From a virus, in the IMG/VR virus record IMGVR_UViG_3300031521_000027, positions 40,214 through 104,213 of that record: a DNA stretch of 64,000 nucleotides; one strand, written 5' to 3'. The notes beneath the pieces are model-generated. The model did not search any database, was not told the DNA's origin, and worked only from the letters and a program-made list of their open reading frames with translations. Positions 49,512 to 58,480 of this stretch are shown here, piece after piece. A program made the translations under genes and the position numbers. How positions within the stretch are numbered: the stretch's first letter is position 1; each line of letters begins with the position of its first letter.

Positions 49512-51751
49512 ATGGCTCAGTTCTCACTCACCATCAACCTCGACGGTGAGGCGTTCTCCGAGGAGACCGAAGACCGTATGGACACCCAGCTCGCTCCCGA
49601 GTACGAGCTGCACCGCCTTCTGACCGACATCGCCGTGACCGTGAAGTACGGGACCTTCGAGGGCTCCATCATCGACATCAACGGTCACAAGGTCGGGCAG
49701 TTCGCGATCAACACCGAGGACCCCCAGACCTTCTCCCTCGCACAGGTGCAGGACCGCAACGAGCACTTCGCCAAGGACGCACGCTTCGTGCAGGTGAACT
49801 GACATGACCCGCTTCTACGGTGGCCTGATCAACAGGCTTCAGGAGGGCGCTACGGTGCGCGAGGTCCCCAAGGTGGGGGACGGGGCCACCATGTACCTCT
49901 ACAGCGACAGGCACGCCTACACGGTGCGCGAGGTGAAGGTCAGCCCCAGTGGGAAGACCATCACGATCAAGGCCACCCGGGACCACGCAGTGCGTACCGA
50001 CGGCGGGGGCTTCAGTGAGTCCCAGACCTACGACTTCACCACGGTGGGGGAGCCCGAGGACGGGCAGACCTTCAAGAGCGTTTCAGGAAAGCCGTTCCGC
50101 TCCGTCTACTGGGACCACGAGGCCAACGGCTACCGGATGTCCGAGACCATCCTGCGGGTCGGTCACCGCGACGAGTACTACGACTTCACCAAGTAGCCAG
50201 CTGGGCTCCCGGTCCTCGTGATCGGGAGCCCACACGCACGAGAGGAACAACTAATGGACACCTTCATCCGCGTCGCCGTCCCCGAGGCTGTCACGCTCCG
50301 CACCAAGGAGCTGCTCAGTGGACTGGGCATCGAGGCCAAGTTCGTGGACGACCTTGCCGAGGTCACCGCCCGCGACATCCTCGCCACCTACGCCGGGTGT
50401 GCGGGGGTAGATGATTCTGAGCGGTTCGCTCCCGGCGACCGCTTCATCACCATCGGCACCGACCCGGGACGCAAGGGCATCGTCGTCAGGCTCGAACGCA
50501 ACCTCCGGGTCAATACCACGGTGTGTGTCGTGCTCGACGGTGAGGACAAGGTGATGAGCTTCGGAGCCAGCGTGATGCAGCTCATCGAAGACGCCCTGCC
50601 CGAGGACGAGGAGATCCTCGACGACATCCCCCCGCTCCGGCAGGAGAACGAGGAGCTGAACGAGGACATGGTCTACCGGGCCCTGCGCGCTACACCCAGC
50701 ACTGCCACAGCACAGTCCCAGCACGCAGCTGCGGGAGCCTTGTTCGCCATGCTGCGCTCCCGGCCCTACTCGGCACCACGGCTGAACGAGCGTCAGGTCT
50801 GCAACTTCGTGGAGGTCATGGTCGGCCTCCCCTGCATCACCGGGGCACAGGCAGCCGCCGTGCTCGCACTCGTTTACGGAAAGGAAGTCCAGTCATGACC
50901 GCACTCGACCGCATCGTTCGTTTCTACGGGATCGGTGAGACCATCATCCTCGCCGAGTTCAAGGCAGCCGAGAAGCTGATCAAGGAGTACGTGGACGACA
51001 CCATCGCAGGCATCCGGGCACGTATTTCCTGAAACAGTTGACAGGAGAGCTGCTGTGTCCTAAGCTAGAGACATGAACACAGCAGCTTCCCTGAACTACA
51101 CACTCAACCCCGAGTGCATCAAGGTCGACCGCTTCATGGGCCTGAACATCGTGTTCGTACCCGCAGGCATGGTCTACCGGGTCACCGACGTCAACGGGAT
51201 CAGTTACTTCGAGTCCACCCCTGACCGGCTCATCGCCTTGATGAAGCAGCACGGGCGCAAGCACCTCAAGAGGAAGGCACGTTAGATGGGCAAGTGGGAG
51301 ATCGCCAACAACGGCAGCGGGAAGCGTATCTACTTCCTCTTCAAGGACACCCCCACGGGCACGGAGTACCACTGGAGTGCAGGAGGTAACCTCGTCCGCT
51401 ACGCATCACACATCACTGCACAGAAGGCGGCAGACAAGCTCAACGCCTGACCCCAAGCCACTGTGGCCTCGTTCCTCCGGGAGCGGGGCCACTTGACTTT
51501 GTGTCCCTAACATGAGACAATAGACGTATGAGCTACCCAGACCCTCGGAAGGAGGCCACCTCATGGAATACCGGATCTACCGCAGCACCATCGCTCCCGA
51601 GAACGTCATGCCTGAGCGGGCTGACTCCCAGCTGGAGGCCAGCTTGCTGGCACAGAAGCTCTCCTACCTCGAACCCAGCATCCGCTTCATCGTGAGTGAC
51701 CGGGACATGAACTACCTGTCCAGCTACCTCGACGGCACCTACATCCAGTGA
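49512..51751 (+). other. Early hypothetical genes (49512, 49804, 50254, 51073, 51286, 51563)
   Basis: Promoter- and RBS-supported ORFs. Confidence 0.65.
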
Positions 51752-51831
51752 TCACGAGCCCTCGTTCCTTCGGGAGCGGGGGCACTCGTGTGTGGGTGGG
51801 ATGAAGATTCTGAGCGGGCTCGCGCAGCGCC

Positions 51832-51879
51832 AACGAACGCTTGCCTTAACCGCTCTAGTGCAAACGAACGCTTGCCTTA
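51832..51879. repeat. 17-bp direct repeat AACGAACGCTTGCCTTA x2
   Basis: Copies at 51832 and 51863, upstream of the deacetylase promoter. Confidence 0.85.
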
Positions 51880-51971
51880 TTCACCTGTCCTCAACTTGTG
51901 TCAGTGTCCCAAGTCTGGTACAGTAGAGCTATCGAGGTCGCAAGGACCTCTTCGCAGTAGGAAGTACCCGC

Positions 51972-53201
51972 ATGACCTCAATCATCATTGGCTACACCCC
52001 CAGCTACCTCGGCTGGAAGGGCAGCTACGCCTCCCCCCGCCGTGCCCACCTCGCCGTCGAGCACATCATCGCTCGCGCCGAAGAGGAGGGCGTGGACATC
52101 GAGATCATCGAGCCCACGTTCAACCGGATGCAGGTGGCCAAGGAGCTGTCCCGCGTGCACTCCAAGTCCTACGTGGCCAACGTGCTGCGCGGAGCCCATA
52201 AGGAGCACCCCGGCCAGCAGGGACAGATCGCAGCGCTCATGTTCGAGGGCACCCGCGTGCTCGTGGACAAGATCATCGCCGACGGCTTCATCCCGCAGGT
52301 GTACTTCAACCCGCAGGGTGCCAAGCACCACGCCGGGTACGACGACAGCTCGGGCTTCTGCGTGTTCAACGACATGGCCTACGCCGCCACGGTCTTCACT
52401 GACCGTGGCCTGAAGGTGGCCTACCTCGACTGGGACGTGCACCACGGCGACGGGGTGGAAGCGCTCACCCGCAACAACCCCAACGTGCTCACCGCGTCGA
52501 TCCACCAGTTCGGCATCTTCCCGGGCACTGGGCTGAAGAGCCAGTGGAAGAACAGCGTGTTCAACTTCCCCATGGCAGCTGGAGACGGTGACGAGGAGTT
52601 TCTCGAAACTGTGGCCATCGCCCTTGAGGCCATCAAGGACTTCGAGCCGGACGTGTTCCTGCTCGCAGCAGGGGCTGACGGCCTCAACGAGGACCCGCTG
52701 GGCAGCCTGCGCTACACCCTCGACGGCATCGAGACCGCAGCCACCATGGTGGGCAAGCTCGCCAAGGAGCTGAACATCCCCGTGCTGATCGGCGGGGCGG
52801 GCGGCTACACCCCGTTCACGTTCACCCCGCTGGCATGGCACACCACTGTGTGGGCCATCCACGACGAGCTGAAGAAGGCTGTCAAGAGCATCGACGAGGA
52901 GGCGTTCGACTGGTCGGGCTCCCGCTACGACTGGGACCGCACGGATGGCCACAGCGAGGGCGAGAAGCCCGCTCTGGACGAGGCAATCGAGGAGGGCTAC
53001 AGCAACGACCGTGCAGCTCACATCGACGCCATCATGGACGGACTGGAGGGCATCCCCAGTGACTGCTGGGAGGACGTCCTCACCCGCGAGGAGTACGACC
53101 TCGTGGCATCCAAGATCGAGCCGATCATCCTCGCCGACGCACAGCGTGCAGCAGCCGAGGTCTCCAAGCCCCGGCGCAAGGGCAAGCGGGGTCGCCGCTG
53201 A
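51972..53201 (+). CDS. Zn-dependent histone-deacetylase-family (AcuC-like) enzyme
   Basis: GAKHHAG...GFCVFND, LDWDVHHGDG, SIHQ..FPGTG, AGAD....DPLG, GAGGY. Confidence 0.93.
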   Translation: MTSIIIGYTPSYLGWKGSYASPRRAHLAVEHIIARAEEEGVDIEIIEPTFNRMQVAKELSRVHSKSYVANVLRGAHKEHPGQQGQIAALMFEGTRVLVDKIIADGFIPQVYFNPQGAKHHAGYDDSSGFCVFNDMAYAATVFTDRGLKVAYLDWDVHHGDGVEALTRNNPNVLTASIHQFGIFPGTGLKSQWKNSVFNFPMAAGDGDEEFLETVAIALEAIKDFEPDVFLLAAGADGLNEDPLGSLRYTLDGIETAATMVGKLAKELNIPVLIGGAGGYTPFTFTPLAWHTTVWAIHDELKKAVKSIDEEAFDWSGSRYDWDRTDGHSEGEKPALDEAIEEGYSNDRAAHIDAIMDGLEGIPSDCWEDVLTREEYDLVASKIEPIILADAQRAAAEVSKPRRKGKRGRR

Positions 53202-53214
53202 TCAAGATTCTGAG

Positions 53215-53243
53215 GAGGACCGGGGGCAACCTCGGTCCTCTTT
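53215..53243 (+). terminator. Intrinsic terminator
   Basis: GAGGACCGGG/CTCGGTCCTC followed by TTT. Confidence 0.75.
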
Positions 53244-53331
53244 AGTTTTCGGAAACAGTTGACACAAGGTAGGTACATGCCCTAAACTTGAGACATCAAG
53301 CCGGAACAAACCACACCGAAGGGCACCAGCC

Positions 53332-56300
53332 ATGGACATCACCACTCCCGAGAACATCACCGTCGAGAGCTTCACCTCCCCCGTCCTCACCGGCAGGGAC
53401 CAGCGCAGCCTCAAGGCGTTCGTGCTCGCAGGCATCCTCCCCAACGGTGACCAGCACCGGGTCAGCCTCACGGTCAGCCACGACGCCGACCGCAAGTCCT
53501 TCCGTGTCAGCGTCAGCCGCTACACCCGGGAAGCCAGCACGGACCACGGGTTCGTCGTCGAGCACTACGCCCTCATGGAGGACATCGCATCGCTGGGCGG
53601 GATCAAGGTCGCCCGGTACAGCTTCAAGGCCCTGAACGCCACCTTCCTCGACGCTCTCCCGGTCGCGGTCGCAGCCCTCAAGGATCAGCTGGCTGACTTC
53701 CTGCTCACCCCGACCACGGCCCGCTGATCATGAAGAGCGGCATCGCACTGATCGTGCTGGGCGTTCTCCTGCTCGCCACTGGAGTCATCACTCCCGGCCT
53801 GCTCGGGATCTCCATGGGCCTCCTGATCGCCATCAAGTCCAAGGCCACCCACCGGGTGCCCGTGGTCCCCCATGCTCCGCAGCGGATGATCCAGCCGCAG
53901 GAGCAGGCACCCATGGACTGGAGGGTGGCCCTGTCTGACGTACGCACCCACGTGAAGGACACCGGGTGCCTCGTGCGCAGGAGCGACTTCGAGAGCAAGA
54001 ACGGGTTCTGCCCGAACGGGGGGAGCTACTGGGAGCACGACTGATCCAGACCCAAGAGCACTCGGCTTGTTTCTCGAAAGAGTTGACAGGTCGAGTGCTC
54101 TGTCCTATACTTGAGACATGAGCAACGGTATCAGCGGTCAACCAGCCACCCCCTACAAGCACACCTTCGCCACCGGCACCGAGTGCTACAGGGCCCGTGC
54201 AGCAGCCATCCGCAGGGGTGAGTCCGTGAGTGGGGCCCACCGCACGAAGGAGACCTTCTGGTTCAAGAGCAACGTCAAGGACTGAACAGCAAGAAGCCCC
54301 CGACTCCACAGTGAGTCGGGGGCTCTGCTATGCCCGGGAGGGAGGGGGGAAGATTCTGAGCCTCCCCAGCGGGATCACACCGTGGGTTCGACGGGCGGCT
54401 CCTGCGGATCGGCGGCGTTGGCGGCGGTGTCCAGTGCATCTGCCGACCCGGTCAGCGTTGCGGTGATCGCGTCGATGTCAGCCTGCTGGAGAGTGCCAGC
54501 GTCGAGCTTGGCCTTGAGGTCTTCGAGTGCGGCGATGGCTTCCTGTACCTCCGAGGAGACACGGGTAGCTGCGGCTTGCAGGGCTTCGAGAGCGGCCATG
54601 ATGAGATCCAGCTTTCTGTCGATGGAGTGTGGGTAGTCGTGATGGACGTGGACGTGGATTGTCGCCACTTGTGCGCCCCTCTGGGTTGAAGTGCAGGGAG
54701 TCCCGCAGGCATCACGCTACAAGCACTCACAGTGCGGCTGGCAAGGAGCAAACTTGCCCCAAAGTCGTTTCGACTTGTTTCTCAAAACAGTTGACAACCA
54801 GTGCCCAATGACCTAAGCTAGGTACATAAGCAAGAGAGAGCCCCGAAGGGCACTGGCAGCAAGGCACGGATGCTGAGCTGGAACCCTGAGACTGATCAAC
54901 AGCGCAGGGTGCAGAGCGAAGGGGCTCTCTCAATATCGAGGAAGGCTCCTCCCCATGAACATCCAGTTCACCTGCCCCCAATGCGGGCGGATCGAGAACA
55001 TCGCCACCGCAGTCCACACGTTCCCCTCCTACTCCAAGGCCGTCACGGTCATCTGCTCCACCTGCACGGAAGGCAAGTAGTCATGAGCAACACCCTCCCC
55101 CCGGCCCTGATCAAGGCCATCGACGCCAAGTTCGTCACACTGGGCACCCAGCTGGACGAGGCACGCGCCATGCTGAAGGAGGGCAGGTACGCCAACACCA
55201 AGAACTCCCGCCGCCAGCTCATGCAGAGCATCCAGTACCTCGAAGCCCGGTTGGCTGGCCAGCTGGACATCATGCAGCTCACCCACAACTTCACTGCACA
55301 GGCCCTCACACGCGAGGAGCTGTACCACGGCACCGGCTTCGCTCCCGGCGCGCTCTTCATCCAGATCAACTGATCCAACACTCACGGCCCGTGTTTCTCG
55401 AAAGAGTTGACACGGGCCTCTGTGTGTCCTAAGATAGAGACATGAAGTTCATTGCTGGCGGAATCGCCCTGTACGCGCTGGGCCTGTACCTCGCATCCAC
55501 CCACTTCGGCGGATGGGCGTTCCTCTGCCTGATCGTCGGCACCATCCTGATCCTGAACGCACACGAGTGATCGAGGCACTGGTCGTCGCCCCCACCGTCT
55601 CCCTGATCGGGATGATCGTGTGGGGCATCGTGTACGCCGTGCTCGACGCCATCGCCCCCCACCTACCCACAACAAGATTCTGAAAAGGAGCATCACCATG
55701 GTCTTCGGTATCCCCGCCGCTGTGCGCCTCACCATCGTCGAGGCCATTGGCCCCTTCGTGATCATCGAGGTGGGCAAGAGCGACATCGCACCCGTGCGCT
55801 TCTACGCAGAGAACCGGGACGTCACCCCTGCCGTCCGGCTGAACAACGGCCTGCTCACCTTCGAGGACGCACGCCTCGCCGTGTGCGATGCACTGGAGAC
55901 CTACGCACGCGCCCTGAAGGCTGAGCGCAGCTGCACGTGTGGGGCGCACGAGTACCGGGGCTGCTTCTGCAACCTCACCGTCGCCGAGTTCATGAAGAGC
56001 CCGCACGCAAAGAGCATCTAGGGCTTGACTCTAGCTAGGTACAGTCCTATACTAGAGACATGAGCACAGCAGTCCTCACCCGTGAAGCACCCCGCATGAC
56101 CCGCACCCAGCACGACGCGACGTGTGAGCTGATCGAGGCAGGGGACTGCGAGTGCGAACGACTCGGACTCATCGTCATCGTCATCATCAAGGAAGGCAAG
56201 TAGCCATGACCACCATCACTCCCCTCACGGACGCCAAAGACCTCATCACCTACTCCAAGATCCGCTGCTACGGCGTGCTGGGCGGCACCTACGTCGCCCT

Positions 56301-57426
56301 CGTGAACAACATCAGCGTCGAGCGCGACAAGGTGACCATCTGGGTGCAGCTGGACGACGACAAGGGCACTTCGATGCCCACCATCGTGTGCGCTCCCGAC
56401 ACGGGCATCGAGGTTGTCGAGGCTCCCGATCTCACGCCCTACGGGATCGTGCAGGAGTTCATCCGCCTCGCCCGCATCCAGTGGAGTGACGACGTCGAAG
56501 GTGCAGCTGCTGAGGCTGTGCTGGACGGTCTGGAAGCCCGGCTCCCCCAGATCCTCCAGCGCCAGAACGAGCTGAAGGCGAACTCATGAGCCGCCTGTCG
56601 GGGGAGTGCATCGACTCCCCCAAGGACCCCTGCGAGGGCTCGGTGGAGTACCGCACTGCACTGAGCCCCTCGGGCAAGATGTTCCCCCGGTGTGACAAGC
56701 ACTGGGCAGCGCGCCTGAAGGTGCAGGAGGGCATCAACGCCCGCTACCCCGAGCGCCAGCCTGCTGACTTCGATCCGCTGTACGCAGGCGAGCAGTGGGA
56801 TGAGGACTGAACATGATTCTGAGGGAGGCAACGCCGTGATCTACCTGTACTGCCCTGAGTGCGGCAAGAAGGGCGTGACGCTGCACATCCGCGCCGTCGA
56901 TGACTACTACGGCTGCCGCTACTGCAACTTCGAGTTCTACACCCATGGCACGGACAGGTTCGACCGGCAGGCAAGGGCAGCACTGGCTGTGCGCAACCCG
57001 GGCTTCAAGGTCTAGGGTCTTGACACAAGGTAGGTACATGGCCTAAGCTAGGTACATACCCACCAAGGAAGGGCAATAGCCATGAGCACCATCACCGCAG
57101 AGCTGGTCGAGAAGAACGCCAAGATCCGCATCTACCCCTTCAACGACAGGGGCAGCTCTGAAGGCGTCGTCTTCAGCAAGGACGACCTCTGCGAGACCAT
57201 CGTCATCTGGTGCACCACCCTCGGCAACCCGGACGGCGTCCGCATCGAGTGCGACCCGTCCACCACGTTCGAGGTCATCGAGAAGGCACCCACGCAGATG
57301 ACCATGCCCGAGCTGGTGCGCGAGTTCGCATCCATCCGGGTCCAGATCGCCCTTGATCAGCCCCACTCCCTGCGCCGCCTGTGGCTCATCGTTGCTGAGC
57401 TGAAGAGCCGGGGTGCCCTTGACTGA
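53332..57426 (+). other. Early single-promoter gene cassettes (53332, 53730, 54118, 54955, 55083, 55442, 55698, 56060, 56206, 56586, 57082)
   Basis: ORFs at leaderless or RBS positions behind repeated promoters. Confidence 0.65.
54375..54668 (-). CDS. Leftward coiled-coil protein with His-rich N-terminus
   Basis: IHVHVHHD then Ala-rich heptads; AGAGGG RBS on the minus strand. Confidence 0.65.
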   Translation of the reverse strand: MATIHVHVHHDYPHSIDRKLDLIMAALEALQAAATRVSSEVQEAIAALEDLKAKLDAGTLQQADIDAITATLTGSADALDTAANAADPQEPPVEPTV

Positions 57427-57449
57427 GAGCCCAACAAAGAGCGCCCCTC

Positions 57450-57480
57450 GTGCGTACGGGGGGCGCTTCGGCGTACCAGT
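57450..57480 (+). promoter_or_regulatory. Phage class-II promoter (GTGCG variant), leaderless, overlapping a terminator hairpin
   Basis: ATG at 57485; hairpin at 57439-57468. Confidence 0.75.
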
Positions 57481-57484
57481 AGGT

Positions 57485-58480
57485 ATGACCATGACCGAGC
57501 CCAAGATCATCTGTGTGGGCGACCTGCACGTGTCCGACAAGGCACCTGTGAGCGCCACCGAGTCCTACACCGACGACATCCTCGTGATGCTGCGTTGGAT
57601 CGCCGACTATGCCGCCGCTGAGAAGGCGGATGCGGTCGTGCTGGCAGGGGACGTGTTCCATCACAAGGCCCCAAGCCGCAACAGCCACGAGCTGGTGCTG
57701 AAGATGATCGCTGTCGTGAAGTACTTCGAGGACAAGCAGGTGCGCCTGCTGTGCGTGACCGGCAACCATGACGTGATGAACGGCGTGATGGACAGCGTGC
57801 ATGAGCGCCAGCCACTGGGCGTGCTGTACGAGGCGGGCCTTGAAGAGCTGGTCGGCTGGGATGAAGGGGGCCTGCCCTTGTTCGGTGTCCCATGGCGCGA
57901 GTCGTGGACCGAGCCCGGCGACCCCGCCCTCGCACTGAAGGGGCTGGAAGATTCTGAGGGCCTGCCCCTGAGCAACGGCGTTCTGGTCGTGACGCACGCC
58001 CCGATCTACCCACCCTACGAAGCGCAGAAGCAGATGTTCGAGCTGGTGCAGCTGGAGGGCGAGGACGGGTTGAGTGCAGCCATGGGCAATCAGGGCCACC
58101 TGTACTACGGGCACATCCATGAGGACCACGGCGTCTTCGAGGTCGAGGGCGTGCAGTACGCCAACATGGGTGCCCTGAGCAGGGGGAGCCTGCACGAGTA
58201 CAACCTGAACCGCCAGATCAAGGTCGCTGTGTGGACCATCGAGGGCGGGTTCACTGAGGTGGTCGTGCCCCACAAGCCTGCCTCTGAGGCGTTCCGTCTT
58301 GCCGAGGTCATGGAGGAACGGGGCGAGCGGCTCTCTCTGGAGAGCTTCCTTGCAGCAGTGGGCAATCAGACCTTGGATGTCAGCAGTACGGGCAGCGTGA
58401 TTGACCACATCCGGGGGCGCGCAGACGTGAGCCCGGCAGTCAAGAAGCGCGCCATCACGATTCTGGAGGACGTGTCATGA
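57485..58480 (+). CDS. SbcD/Mre11-like metallophosphoesterase nuclease
   Basis: GDLH, AGDVFH, GNHD, VTHA, GHIH, NMGALSR. Confidence 0.88.
   Translation: MTMTEPKIICVGDLHVSDKAPVSATESYTDDILVMLRWIADYAAAEKADAVVLAGDVFHHKAPSRNSHELVLKMIAVVKYFEDKQVRLLCVTGNHDVMNGVMDSVHERQPLGVLYEAGLEELVGWDEGGLPLFGVPWRESWTEPGDPALALKGLEDSEGLPLSNGVLVVTHAPIYPPYEAQKQMFELVQLEGEDGLSAAMGNQGHLYYGHIHEDHGVFEVEGVQYANMGALSRGSLHEYNLNRQIKVAVWTIEGGFTEVVVPHKPASEAFRLAEVMEERGERLSLESFLAAVGNQTLDVSSTGSVIDHIRGRADVSPAVKKRAITILEDVS

Noticed and set aside
51899-51924. TGTCAGTG upstream of the deacetylase as a PafBC motif
   Set aside because: Spacing to TAnnnT is 12 nt rather than 8; fits an ordinary -35/-10 promoter better
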